DNA of 64,000 nucleotides from positions 75,656 to 139,655 of the forward strand of contig CAWGLG010000004.1 in the NCBI GenBank assembly GCA_963823355.1, written 5' to 3'. Shown here in pieces: positions 1 to 9,331 of this stretch. A program made the translations under genes and the position numbers. Within the stretch, counting starts at the first letter, position 1. Every line of letters begins with the position of its first letter. Source of the DNA: an uncultured Thermoleophilia bacterium. GTDB lineage: Bacteria > Actinomycetota > Thermoleophilia > Gaiellales > Gaiellaceae. The notes under the pieces are model-generated. The model was given only the letters and a program-made list of their open reading frames with translations. It was not told where the DNA came from and searched no databases.

Positions 1-13
1 GCGAGCAGGCGGC

Positions 14-1114
14 ATGAACGGCGTCGTGATCGTCGGCGCCGGGCTGGCCGGCTCGCGCTGCGCCGAGGCTCTCCGCGCCGGGGGTTGCGAGCTCCCCGTC
101 ACGATCGTCGGGGCCGAGTCCCTCGCGCCCTACGAGCGGCCGGCGCTGAGCAAGGAGTTCCTCGCCGGCAAGCGACTGGAGGACGACCTGCTCCTGCGCC
201 CCCCTGGCTCCTGGGCCGACCGCGACATCGACCTCAGGCTGAACGCCACCGTCGAGCACATCGACCTGCGACGGAAGCTCGTCCTCGTCCGGGGGCGCGA
301 GCTTCACTGGACGCACCTCGTGCTCGCAACCGGTGCCCGCGCCCGTCCGCTCCCCGGTGTCGGCTTCACCAACGTCCATCACCTGAGGACGCTCGCCGAT
401 GCCGTGCGGCTCCGGGCTGCGATCCGGCCCGCCTCCAAGCTCGTCGTCATCGGTGCGGGCTTCGTCGGAGCGGAGGTCGCTTCGACGGCGATCGGGCTGG
501 GAGCGAGCGTCTCGATGATCGAGGTCGAAACGGCCCCGCTCGCCCGCGTCGCGGGCGCCGAGGTGGGTCATCTCCTCGCCGCCCGCTGGCGGGCTGAAGG
601 TGTCGAGCTTCATCTCGGAGCGCAGATCGAACGCGTCGAGCCGGACAGGGTCGACCTCGCCGACGGGACGTCGCTTCCCTACGACGCGCTGCTCGTGGCA
701 ATCGGGGCCGAGCCCGCCGCCGACCTGCTCGTCGATCGCGGCGGGATCACCACAGACGCATGCGGGCGCACCGAGCACGAAGGGGTCTTCGCGTGCGGGG
801 ATGTTGCGAGCTTCGACGGTCGCCGCGTCGAGCACTGGACGAGCGCCTCGGGGCAGGCGAGCGCAGTCGCCTCGGCGATCCTCGGAGCTCCCAGGCCGTA
901 CACGGCGACCCCCTACTTCTGGTCCGACCAGTTCGGGCTCCGCCTCCAGATGGTGGGGACGACGGCCGGGTGGGCGAACGTCGAACTGGACGGCGGGCCG
1001 GAATCCTTCCGGGCGCGGTACGTCGACCCGGAAGGAACGCCCGTCGCCGTCCTGCTCGGCAACCGGCCGGCCGAGGTGGCGACCGCACGACGCGAGCTCG
1101 CGCGTGCCGCGTAA
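14..1114 (+). CDS. FAD/NAD(P)-dependent pyridine nucleotide-disulfide oxidoreductase (ferredoxin-reductase-like)
   Basis: 366-aa ORF. Has two dinucleotide-binding motifs (VVIVGAGLAGSRCAEAL and VVIGAGFVGAEVAS) and a reductase-type C-terminal region. G/C-ending codons dominate. Confidence 0.8.
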   Translation: MNGVVIVGAGLAGSRCAEALRAGGCELPVTIVGAESLAPYERPALSKEFLAGKRLEDDLLLRPPGSWADRDIDLRLNATVEHIDLRRKLVLVRGRELHWTHLVLATGARARPLPGVGFTNVHHLRTLADAVRLRAAIRPASKLVVIGAGFVGAEVASTAIGLGASVSMIEVETAPLARVAGAEVGHLLAARWRAEGVELHLGAQIERVEPDRVDLADGTSLPYDALLVAIGAEPAADLLVDRGGITTDACGRTEHEGVFACGDVASFDGRRVEHWTSASGQASAVASAILGAPRPYTATPYFWSDQFGLRLQMVGTTAGWANVELDGGPESFRARYVDPEGTPVAVLLGNRPAEVATARRELARAA

Positions 1115-1117
1115 CCT

Positions 1118-1378
1118 GTGGAGATGCGGGCGTGGCAGCGGGCTCTTCTCGGAGCGCTTCTCGTCGGGGCGGTGGCAGTGGCGGGAATCGCCCTCAATTT
1201 CACGCTGCTCCGGCTGACCCAGGATTCGCACGACCCGGTCGGCAAGCTGAGCCCCCGGGCAGTGTTCACGGAAACGAGAACGGACACGAGCCCGGCGACC
1301 ACGACTGCGCCGACGGTGACCACCGACGACCCACCCCGCCGGAACGGCGAGCCCAAGGACGGGGACAGCGACGACTAG
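1118..1378 (+). CDS. hypothetical small membrane-anchored protein
   Basis: 86-aa ORF starting 3 nt after the upstream stop. One hydrophobic helix (LLGALLVGAVAVAGIAL) followed by a Thr/Pro/Asp-rich tail. No family recognised. Confidence 0.4.
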   Translation: MEMRAWQRALLGALLVGAVAVAGIALNFTLLRLTQDSHDPVGKLSPRAVFTETRTDTSPATTTAPTVTTDDPPRRNGEPKDGDSDD

Positions 1379-1386
1379 GCTGAGCG

Positions 1387-2250
1387 TCAGTCCTGAAACC
1401 AGAAGAAGCCGACGGCGCCGGGGCCGGCGTGCGTGCCGACGACCGCGCCGAGGTTCTCGACGAGCTCGATCTCCGCCTGAGGCCGCGCCTCGAGCGCAAG
1501 CGCGGAGATGTCGTCCACCCACTCCGGTGCATCGGCGTGGGCGATCGCAACCCTGAGGCCAGGGCGATCCTCGGTCGCCTCCACGAACAGGCGGCGGAAC
1601 TCGGCCAGCGCCTTCTGGCGACCGCGCACACGGCCGACCGGCACGACCACACCGTCCTCGCAGGACAGGATCGGCTTCACGTTCAGGAGGGCGCCGGCGA
1701 GCGCCTGGGCCTTCCCGATCCGCCCGCCCTTCTGCAGGTACTCGAGCGTGCCGACGGTGAAGACGACCGTGTTGTCCCGCTTGAAACGGTCGATGAGCTC
1801 CTCGAGCTCGCCGTCGGTGGTGCCACGGGCGAGACGGCGCTCGATTGCGAGCGCGAGCATCGCGACCGCGAGCGATGCGGTCTCCGAGTCGACGAGCCGG
1901 ATCCGGTCGGCCCCGGCGATCCCGGCGGCCTGAATCGCGGACTGGAAGGTGCCGGAGAGCTTCTGGGACAGGTGGAGCGAGTAGATGCGGTCGTACTGCG
2001 CGAGATCCTCGTACGCCCGGAGGAACTCGCCGGGCGTCGGTTGCGACGTCGTGGGCGGCTTCGGTGCGGTCTTCAGGCGCTGGTAGAAGTCGTGAGAGGA
2101 GATCCCGACGTGGTCGAGGAAGTCCTCGCTCCCGAACAGGACGTGCAGCGGTACGACTCGGACGTTGTCGAAGCGCTCACGGGCCTTCGCCTCCGGATAG
2201 TCGGAGGTCGAGTCGAGCACGATCGCGGTGTTCTCGGACGTCAGGTTCAC
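1387..2250 (-). CDS. DegV family (fatty-acid-binding) protein
   Basis: 287-aa ORF with the N-terminal IVLDSTSDYP motif and an overall DegV pattern. 4-nt overlap with the upstream receiver gene. Confidence 0.85.
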   Translation of the reverse strand: MNLTSENTAIVLDSTSDYPEAKARERFDNVRVVPLHVLFGSEDFLDHVGISSHDFYQRLKTAPKPPTTSQPTPGEFLRAYEDLAQYDRIYSLHLSQKLSGTFQSAIQAAGIAGADRIRLVDSETASLAVAMLALAIERRLARGTTDGELEELIDRFKRDNTVVFTVGTLEYLQKGGRIGKAQALAGALLNVKPILSCEDGVVVPVGRVRGRQKALAEFRRLFVEATEDRPGLRVAIAHADAPEWVDDISALALEARPQAEIELVENLGAVVGTHAGPGAVGFFWFQD

Positions 2251-2636
2251 GGAGTTGACTCCCCTGGCTCGGTTGCGGAATGGATTGCCCGGACGAGATC
2301 GTCGATCGGCCGGCCCTTCTCGATCAGTCCGACGGCGCCGGCGGCGAGCACCGCCTCACGGTCGGCAGCCGTCGCCTCTGCGGTAAGGCACAACACGGCT
2401 GCACCGGGCGCGGCGGCGAGCACGGCGGCGGTCGCCTCGGCCCCGTCGAGGCCGGGCAGCCGAAAATCCATCAGGACGACGGCCGGGTCGAGGAGCTCCG
2501 CTGCCGCGGCGGCCTCGCGGCCGTCCCCAACGGAGCCGACGATCTCGAGGCCCTCCCGGCCGTCGAGCAGCAGCTCGAGGGTCGAGCGGTACACGTCGTT
2601 GTCCTCGACGAGCAGCACCCTGAGCGCCATCCTCAC
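2247..2636 (-). CDS. single-domain response regulator (CheY-like receiver only)
   Basis: 129 aa. Has VLLVEDND, the acceptor region VVLMDFRLPGLDG, LCLTAEA and IEKG. No output domain. 4-nt overlaps with both neighbours. Confidence 0.8.
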   Translation of the reverse strand: MRMALRVLLVEDNDVYRSTLELLLDGREGLEIVGSVGDGREAAAAAELLDPAVVLMDFRLPGLDGAEATAAVLAAAPGAAVLCLTAEATAADREAVLAAGAVGLIEKGRPIDDLVRAIHSATEPGESTP

Positions 2637-4225
2637 TCCGCCGAGAGGAGCAACGGGTAGTGCGGCTGGCCCCCGGCGTGGATCTCGATCTCGACGTCTG
2701 GGTGGCGGACGCCGATCTCGCCGACGAGCGTCTGGAGCTGCGGCTCGTCAGCCCCCGTGAGCAGGGTCAGAATCTCCCGGCCACCGTCGAGGAGGCAGTC
2801 CGCCACGGCTCCGGCAACGGAGTCGAAGCTCGGCCCGCTGGCCACGGCGGCGCCGTTTGCGAGCCCGAGCCACGAACCCTTCCTCACCTCGATCCCGTCG
2901 AGGGTCACGTCGCGCGATGCGATCGTGATCTCGCCGGTTGCGAGGCCCTCCAGGGCCTGCGCCATCGCGCTCTCGTTCTCGGCTGCCGGTGACTCCGGGT
3001 CGTACACGATCATCGCGGCGAGCCCGGCCTGCAGCGTCCGCGTCGGCAACACCCTCATCGGCTTGTTGACGAGACCCACGGCCTGCTCGGCGCTGAGGAT
3101 CACGTTCGAGTTGTTCGGCAGCACGATCACCTCGGTGGCGGGCGTGGCGTCGACGGCGCCGACGATCTCCTCGGTGGACGGGTTCATCGTCTGGCCACCC
3201 TCGATCACCCGGGTCGCGCGCAGGCTCTCGAAGAGGCGGCGGTTGCCGTCTCCCGGCGCGACGACGACGATTCCGGTCTCGAGCGTGGGAAGGCCTTCCA
3301 TGGATCCGACCGACAGGCGCTCCTCGCGCTCGGCCGTCTGCCGGTGCATGTCCGCGATCTCGATCCCGTCGATCGTGCCGCCGGCCGTTCCGAGGCTGAG
3401 CGCGGCTCCGGGATCGTCGGTGTGGACGTGGACCTTGACCGCGCTCGGATCGCCCACGACGAGAAGGGAATCGCCGAGCAGCTCGAGCTCGCGCTCGAGC
3501 CCGTCGACGTCGAGCCCCTCACCTTCGATCACGAACACGGTGCAATAGCGGAACTCCGAGAGCTCCTGGTGGATCGAGTCGGGGGAGAGTGCCACGCTCC
3601 CGGCGGGAGCCTCCGGAACGGGCTCGCCGGCGACGGCGGCCCGCACGCCGCGAATGATCTCGAGCAACCCTGCCCCGCCGGCGTCGACGACCCCTGCCTC
3701 CTTGAGGACCGAGAGCAGGTCAGGCGTGCGGGCGAGGGACTCCTCGCCTCGGGCGACGATGAGCGTCAGCAACTCGAGCCGGTCGAGCTCCCGTGCCTCG
3801 GGCGATTCGGCCGCTTCGGCCATCTCGCGGATCACGGTCAGCATCGTTCCCTCGACGGGGCGCCGGACGGCCCGGTAGGCGGCGTCGCTCGCCGAGCGGA
3901 ACGCCCGCGCCACCATCGGCTCGTCGATCGGGTCGCGCTCGCCGAGAACGTCCGCGAATCCGCGCACGATCTGGCTGAAGATGACTCCCGAGTTGCCGCG
4001 GGCGCCCATCAGCGCCGCCCGCGAAAGCTCGTGGGCGACCGCCTCGTGCCCGTCGGCGGTCGACTTCTCGAGGGCGCCGACGATGGCCCGCACCGTGAGC
4101 GTCAGGTTCGTGCCCGTGTCGCCGTCGGGGACCGGGTAGACGTTGAGGTCGTCGATCCGCTGCTGGTTCGCCTCGAGGTTGAGGAGCGCCTGGCGGGCGA
4201 TTTCGCGGGCCCGGTCGAGGTTCAC
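2633..4225 (-). CDS. DAK2 domain-containing protein, YloV family
   Basis: 530 aa. N-terminal DAK2 motif YPVPDGDTGTNLTLT plus a long YloV-type C-terminal domain. Confidence 0.85.
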   Translation of the reverse strand: MNLDRAREIARQALLNLEANQQRIDDLNVYPVPDGDTGTNLTLTVRAIVGALEKSTADGHEAVAHELSRAALMGARGNSGVIFSQIVRGFADVLGERDPIDEPMVARAFRSASDAAYRAVRRPVEGTMLTVIREMAEAAESPEARELDRLELLTLIVARGEESLARTPDLLSVLKEAGVVDAGGAGLLEIIRGVRAAVAGEPVPEAPAGSVALSPDSIHQELSEFRYCTVFVIEGEGLDVDGLERELELLGDSLLVVGDPSAVKVHVHTDDPGAALSLGTAGGTIDGIEIADMHRQTAEREERLSVGSMEGLPTLETGIVVVAPGDGNRRLFESLRATRVIEGGQTMNPSTEEIVGAVDATPATEVIVLPNNSNVILSAEQAVGLVNKPMRVLPTRTLQAGLAAMIVYDPESPAAENESAMAQALEGLATGEITIASRDVTLDGIEVRKGSWLGLANGAAVASGPSFDSVAGAVADCLLDGGREILTLLTGADEPQLQTLVGEIGVRHPDVEIEIHAGGQPHYPLLLSAE

Positions 4226-4578
4226 GACGAGCGCCTGACGTCCTCGATGCGTACCTCGACGGCGGCGACCGAGAGGCCCGTCTGCCGCTCGACCTCGTAG
4301 GCGACGCGGGTGCGCACCGTCGCCGCGACCTCCGCAAGGTTGAGACCGTACTCGACGATCACGTGGAGGTCGATCTCGACGCCACCGTCGCGCGCCTTCA
4401 CCTCGATGCCGTCCGTGAGCCGGTCGCGGCCCGGGAGACGCGGGAAACGCCTGCCGGCCATGCCGACGATGCCGTAGCTCTCGGCCGCGACATGACCGAC
4501 GACCTGCGCTATCGCCTCGGCCGAGACGGAGATCCGTCCGAGGTCGGTCGTGCGCGCGAGATGGGTGCTCTTGTCCAC
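4222..4578 (-). CDS. Asp23/Gls24 family envelope stress protein
   Basis: 118 aa with ISVSAEAIAQVVGHVAAESYGIVGM, typical of Asp23. Overlaps the yloV start by 4 nt. Confidence 0.8.
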   Translation of the reverse strand: MDKSTHLARTTDLGRISVSAEAIAQVVGHVAAESYGIVGMAGRRFPRLPGRDRLTDGIEVKARDGGVEIDLHVIVEYGLNLAEVAATVRTRVAYEVERQTGLSVAAVEVRIEDVRRSS

Positions 4579-4671
4579 GCCGCGAGGTTAGACGACGGCC
4601 GGGGCGTCGGGGGTTACATCGGGGAGAAGCCCGGAGACAGGCTGAAGCCTGTCACCGCACCCCGAGCCCTG

Positions 4672-4863
4672 CTAGATCGCCTTGGTGACTTTGCCGGCTT
4701 TGAGGCAACGGGTGCAGACGTAGGCGCGCGTGGCCTTGCCGTCGAGCATCATCCGCACGCGCTGCAGGTTCGGGTTGAAGCGACGCTTGGTGGCGACCAT
4801 CGAGTGGCTCCGGTTGTTCCCGAAGCCGGGCTTCTTTCCGCAGAGTGAGCAGATCTTGGACAT
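4672..4863 (-). CDS. rpmB: 50S ribosomal protein L28
   Basis: 63 aa: MSKICSLCGKKPGFGNNRSHSMVATKRRFNPNLQ..., a canonical L28 sequence. Confidence 0.95.
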   Translation of the reverse strand: MSKICSLCGKKPGFGNNRSHSMVATKRRFNPNLQRVRMMLDGKATRAYVCTRCLKAGKVTKAI

Positions 4864-4904
4864 GCGGCCGGGAGTGTACCGAACACCACGAAACGGGGAC
4901 GTGG

Positions 4905-5711
4905 TTATCTCGCGGCCGCGGCGCGCAGGTTGGCGAACAGGTCGGCCATCTCGAGGCCGGTGCGGACGGCCTCCGCACCCTTCTCGGTGCGGCTCTCGGC
5001 CTGGTCTGCACGGTCGAGCGTGAGCAGGCCGAAGGCGACCGGGACGCCGGTTTCGATGCCGGCGAGTTGCAGGCCACTGGCGGCTTCGCTGGAGACGTAG
5101 TCGAAGTGCGGCGTGTCGCCGCGGATGACGCAGCCGAGGGCGACGATGCAGGCGAACCTGCGGGTCTTCGCCAGTGCCATCGCAGCCAACGGCAGCTCGA
5201 ACGCTCCCGGAACCGGCATCACGGTGACGGCGTCATGTGAGACGCCGCAGGCCTCCAGTTCGGCGAGCGCCGACTCGAGCAGCCGTGTCGTCACGTCTCC
5301 GTTGAACCGGGACACGACCACGCCGACGGCGCGGCGCTCTCCGGCTGCCTCACCCTCGAGCACGGAGTACCCCGGTGGCACCGTCAGCTCGCCCGGAGCG
5401 TGGTCCGTCGAGGCCGAGACGTGGTCGGCGAGCGGCGGCGCTTCCAGCGCCGACGCATCGGCCTCGGGCTCGATCGCGCCGGCCGCAGACAACGCGTCCG
5501 ATGCGGCGCCGTCGAGGTCGCCCTCGTCGGCCTCCTCGTCCTCGTCGGCGACCACGTCAGCCACGGGCAAGCCGTCGAGCACGTTCTCGCTCGAGGCATC
5601 GAGGTCGGATCCGTCCGTCTCACCGGCCGGCACCTGCGCTGCGGTGTCGTCGCCGATGACAAGCTCCTCGGGTGCGTCGTCCCAGCGCGGTGTCTCGAAG
5701 CGGTTGCTCAT
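4905..5711 (-). CDS. ribH: 6,7-dimethyl-8-ribityllumazine synthase with a long acidic N-terminal extension (start uncertain)
   Basis: The C-terminal ~155 aa is typical RibH (VGVVVSRFNGDVT, VPGAFELP, ALGCVIRGDTPHFDYV). It is preceded in frame by ~110 aa of Asp/Glu/Ala-rich sequence with coding-like G/C third positions. The ATG at 5711 lies 20 nt after the ribBA stop. Confidence 0.8.
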   Translation of the reverse strand: MSNRFETPRWDDAPEELVIGDDTAAQVPAGETDGSDLDASSENVLDGLPVADVVADEDEEADEGDLDGAASDALSAAGAIEPEADASALEAPPLADHVSASTDHAPGELTVPPGYSVLEGEAAGERRAVGVVVSRFNGDVTTRLLESALAELEACGVSHDAVTVMPVPGAFELPLAAMALAKTRRFACIVALGCVIRGDTPHFDYVSSEAASGLQLAGIETGVPVAFGLLTLDRADQAESRTEKGAEAVRTGLEMADLFANLRAAAAR

Positions 5712-5731
5712 CGTGGCAGCCTAGCCATCGC

Positions 5732-7025
5732 TCAGGAGCTCTCCGGGTCGAACCGCACGCGCTGGTGGTGCTCGCGCAGCCCGATCGTGTGTCCCATCTT
5801 GTCGCGCTTCGAGTCGAGGTACCCCTGGTTCTCCGGGTTGGGCTCGATCTCGATCGGCTCCTGGGAGACGACGGAGAGCCCGAAGCCGGAGATCCCGGTG
5901 ATCTTCTGGGGGTTGTTGGTCAGTACGCGGATCGTGGTCAGGCCGAGGTCGGCGAGGATCTGCGAGCCGATGCCGTACTCGCGCACGTCGGCGGCGAACC
6001 CGAGCCGGAGGTTCGCCTCGACGGTGTCGAGTCCGTGCTCCTGGAGCTCGTAGGCGCGCAACTTGTTCAGCAGCCCGATCCCCCGCCCCTCCTGGGCGAG
6101 ATAGAGGAGGACGCCCATTCCCTCTTCCTCCATGCGCCGCAGCGCCCAGTCGAGCTGCTCGCCGCAGTCGCAGCGTTGCGAATGAAAGACGTCGCCCGTG
6201 AGGCATTCCGAATGAACGCGCACCAGCACGTCGCGGGCACCGTCGACGTCGCCCTTGACGAGCGCGACGTGGTGCTTGCCCGTGAGCACCTCCTCGTAGG
6301 CGACGGCCTGGAACACGCCGATCGCGGTCGGCAGCCGAACCGAGGCCACGCGCTTGACGAGGTTCTCGTGCTGGCGCCGGTACTCGATCAGGTCGGCGAC
6401 GGTGACCATCTTGAGCCCGTGGCGCTCGCAGTACCCGATGAGGTCGGCCACCCGGGCCATGGTGCCGTCCTCGTTCATGATCTCGCAGACGACCCCCGCG
6501 GGGGCGAGGCCGGCGAGGCGCGCCAGGTCGACGGCGGCCTCGGTCTGTCCCGAGCGCTGGAGCACACCACCGCGTGCGTGCGCGGAGCGGGAAGACGTGG
6601 CCGGGCTGGACGAGGTCGTGGGCCGTCGAGGTCGGGTCGATCGCGACCTGAATCGTGTGGGCGCGGTCGTGGGCCGAGATACCCGTCGAGACGCCCTCCC
6701 GGGCCTCGATCGAGACGGTGAACGCGGTGCCGAAGGGCGTCTCGTTCTGGTCGGTCATCTGGCGCAGACCGAGCTCCTCACAGCGCTCCGGTGTGAGACA
6801 GAGGCAGATCAGTCCGCGTGCATGGGTCGCCATGAAATTGACCGCCTCGGGCGTGACGAACTGCGCAGCGATCGTGAGGTCTCCCTCGTTCTCGCGGTCC
6901 TCGTCGTCGACGACGACGACGAACCTGCCCGCGCGGATGTCCTCGATCGCCTCCTCGACGGTCGAGAAGACGGAGTTCGGGGCATCGGTGCTCACCGGGG
7001 CATCGTACCCTGGCAGGCGCTCCAC
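5732..7025 (-). CDS. ribBA: bifunctional DHBP synthase / GTP cyclohydrolase II, interrupted by an apparent +1 frameshift near 6575
   Basis: The frame from 7025 encodes the RibB part ([11 protein letters not shown] ... [11 protein letters not shown]) and then turns to nonsense. The +1 frame continues [23 protein letters not shown] and a complete RibA part ([17 protein letters not shown]) to the stop at 5732. Confidence 0.85.
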
Positions 7026-7026
7026 C

Positions 7027-7629
7027 TTACGCCTGGCGCCGGTGGGGCTCGAGCAGGCGCTCGACGAGCTTCGCGAGCAGGTCGACCTCGAGGTTGACCT
7101 GCTGCCCGGGCACGAGCCGCGACAGCGTCGTCTCGGCGATCGTGTGCGGGATCAGGGCGAGGCCGAACCCGTCGTCGTGCACCTCGGCGATCGTCAGCGA
7201 GACCCCCTCCACCGTGATCGATCCCTTCTCGACGCAGTACCGGAGCGTATCGGCCGTGGCCTCGATGATCACGCGCAGGCCCTCTCCCTCGGCCTCGATC
7301 GACTGAACCCTGCCGATCCCGTCGACGTGGCCCTGGACGATGTGCCCGCCCATCGGGTCGCCGGCCCGCAGCGCCGGCTCGAGGTTGACGACCGAGCCAC
7401 GGACGAGCTCGCCGAGGGTCGACCGTGAGAGCGTCTCGGGGACGGCGTGGAAGACGAGGCGCCCGTCCTCGACCTTCTCGGCCGTGAGGCAGACGCCGTT
7501 GATCGCGACCGAGCCGCCGACGTCGACGAGCGCGGCCGTTACCGGCGCCTCGAGCTCGAGCCGAACACCCGCGGCGCCGCCGGTGACCGCGACGACGGAC
7601 CCGACCTCACGAACGATGCCGGTGAACAT
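7027..7629 (-). CDS. ribE: riboflavin synthase alpha chain
   Basis: 200 aa starting [10 protein letters not shown], with two lumazine-binding repeats. Confidence 0.9.
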   Translation of the reverse strand: MFTGIVREVGSVVAVTGGAAGVRLELEAPVTAALVDVGGSVAINGVCLTAEKVEDGRLVFHAVPETLSRSTLGELVRGSVVNLEPALRAGDPMGGHIVQGHVDGIGRVQSIEAEGEGLRVIIEATADTLRYCVEKGSITVEGVSLTIAEVHDDGFGLALIPHTIAETTLSRLVPGQQVNLEVDLLAKLVERLLEPHRRQA

Positions 7630-7656
7630 GCCGGGAAGGCTACAGAGGCCCGGGCC

Positions 7657-8595
7657 CTACGGCTCGCGCAGGTATGCCTCGACGAGCACGTCCTCCCCGC
7701 ACGGCAGAACCGAGAGGTGGAGCAGCGACCTCGGTGCCGAGAGGTCGCCGAGGAACCGCGGCCCGTCGCCCGAGAGCGTCGGCGCCACGAACAGAAGCAG
7801 CCTGTCGACCAGCCCCGCCTCGAGGAAGGCCGTCGCGAGTGTCGGCCCGCCCTCGAGCAGGAGCGACTGGACACCCTCTGCCGCGAGTTGCCGGAGCTCC
7901 TCGCCGAGGCCGCCGGCGCGCAGCTCGAGCTCACAGTCGGGTGGGAGCGGCCCTTGCCCGAACGCGAGCCGCCGCGGCTGCCGCAACACCGGCACGTCTC
8001 GTGCGTCGAGCCGTGGCGCATCCGCCCGCACGGTTCCCATGCCCACCGCAACGGCGTCCGATGACGCGCGGAGCTCGTGCACGCGCCGCCGGGACGCCTC
8101 GCCGGTCACCCAGCGAGTCCCCGGCACCGTCACCCGCCCGTCGACCGTCAGCGCCGCCTTGTACGTGACGAACGGGCGTCCCAGCGCCTTCCACGTCCGC
8201 CAGGCCTGGTTCTGTCGCCGCGCCCCGAACCGATCGTCCAGCTCGACGGCGACGCCGGCCCGGCGAAGCCGCTCGAGACCCCCGGCTGCCTCGGGGTCCG
8301 GGTCGACGCAGCCGGCGACGACGCGTGCGATCCCCGCGTCGATGACCGCGTCGGCACACGGCGGGGTCTTCCCGTGATGGGCGCACGGCTCCATCGTCAC
8401 GTACAGCGTTGCCCCACGGGCACGCTCGGCGGCAGCGGCGAGTGCCACGATCTCGCCGTGCCTGCCGCCGTAGGCCTCCGTCACACCCTCGCCGACGATC
8501 GTCCCGCCGGCGACCACGACGGCGCCCACCGTGGGGTTGGGATAGGCGGCGCCCGCCGCCGCATTCGCGAGCTCGAGCGCGCGATCGAGGCTCAT
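7657..8595 (-). CDS. ribD: bifunctional diaminohydroxyphosphoribosylaminopyrimidine deaminase / 5-amino-6-(5-phosphoribosylamino)uracil reductase
   Basis: The internal ATG at 8595 overlaps the rpe stop (ATGA). Deaminase zinc motifs HGEIVAL and TMEPCAHHGKTPPC, followed by the reductase domain. The first 221 aa of the 533-aa track ORF are Arg-rich read-through over rpe. Confidence 0.9.
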   Translation of the reverse strand: MSLDRALELANAAAGAAYPNPTVGAVVVAGGTIVGEGVTEAYGGRHGEIVALAAAAERARGATLYVTMEPCAHHGKTPPCADAVIDAGIARVVAGCVDPDPEAAGGLERLRRAGVAVELDDRFGARRQNQAWRTWKALGRPFVTYKAALTVDGRVTVPGTRWVTGEASRRRVHELRASSDAVAVGMGTVRADAPRLDARDVPVLRQPRRLAFGQGPLPPDCELELRAGGLGEELRQLAAEGVQSLLLEGGPTLATAFLEAGLVDRLLLFVAPTLSGDGPRFLGDLSAPRSLLHLSVLPCGEDVLVEAYLREP

Positions 8596-9272
8596 GCCGA
8601 AGCGGCAGCGATGCGACGGTAGGCGTCTGCCGGGTCGGGCTCGGCGAAGACGGCGCTCCCGGCGACGAAGAGGGTCGCTCCCGCCGCCCGCACGGCCGCC
8701 ACGTTCGCCTCGCCGATACCACCGTCGACCTGGATCGGGATCTCGACCAGAGAGGCGAGCTCCGTGATTCGCCCGTAGGCCGCAGGCATGAACGGCTGTC
8801 CGGAGTAGCCCGGCACGATGCTCATGCAGAGGATCATCTCGGCCCCGGCCTCGCGGGCGAAGGCAGCTGCGTCGACGACCGCGGTCTCCGGGTTGCACGC
8901 AACACCGACGGCGAGCCCGAGCGTGCGTGCCGCGGCGGCGACGCCACGAGGATCGTTCGTCGCCTCGACATGGAAGGTGACGGAGTCGGCGCCGGACTCG
9001 GCGAACTCGGCGAAGTGATGCTCGGGATCGGCGACCATGAGATGACAGTCGAGGATGCCGCCCGCCTCGTGGATCATCGGTGCGATCGAGCGGAGCACGA
9101 CCGGCCCGATCGTCACGGGCGGGATGAAGTGCCCGTCTCCGACGTCGAAATGGAAGATGTGGCACCCGGCGCCGAGGAGAGCATCGATCTGCTCGCCGAG
9201 CCGGGTGAAGTCGGCGGCGTAGAGCGACGGCTCGACCTCCCGCCCGTCCCGGATCCACGTCGACCAGCCCAT
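8592..9272 (-). CDS. rpe: ribulose-phosphate 3-epimerase
   Basis: 226 aa with HFDVGDGHFIP, LDCHLMV and MSIVPGYSGQPF motifs. Confidence 0.9.
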   Translation of the reverse strand: MGWSTWIRDGREVEPSLYAADFTRLGEQIDALLGAGCHIFHFDVGDGHFIPPVTIGPVVLRSIAPMIHEAGGILDCHLMVADPEHHFAEFAESGADSVTFHVEATNDPRGVAAAARTLGLAVGVACNPETAVVDAAAFAREAGAEMILCMSIVPGYSGQPFMPAAYGRITELASLVEIPIQVDGGIGEANVAAVRAAGATLFVAGSAVFAEPDPADAYRRIAAASA

Positions 9273-9331
9273 CCGGCGATCCTAACGCCGCACTGGCGCC
9301 GGACCTTGCGGCACTTCATCACAAGGTCTGC

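Noticed and set aside
4579-4671. Possible small RNA or tRNA in the rpmB-asp23 gap. The hairpin GACAGGCTGAAGCCTGTC is present.
   Set aside because: The gap is too short and lacks tRNA cloverleaf features. A single 7-bp stem downstream of rpmB is most simply a weak terminator or attenuator, and no U tract was seen.
8596-9258. N-terminal 221-aa extension of the ribD ORF. Analogous upstream extensions occur on der (19050-19235), gpsA (17704-18120), DAHP synthase (24062-24241) and metK (16717-16746).
   Set aside because: The extensions are Arg-rich and overlap the preceding gene. In each case an internal ATG/GTG sits exactly at an ATGA overlap, or a few nt after the upstream stop, and gives a protein of normal family length.
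9273-9331. Looked for an FMN (RFN) riboswitch ahead of the riboflavin genes and a SAM riboswitch ahead of metK (16717-16746).
   Set aside because: The rib genes follow rpe with a 4-nt overlap. The only upstream gaps are 59 nt and 30 nt, too short for these elements, and no conserved riboswitch core sequence was seen.
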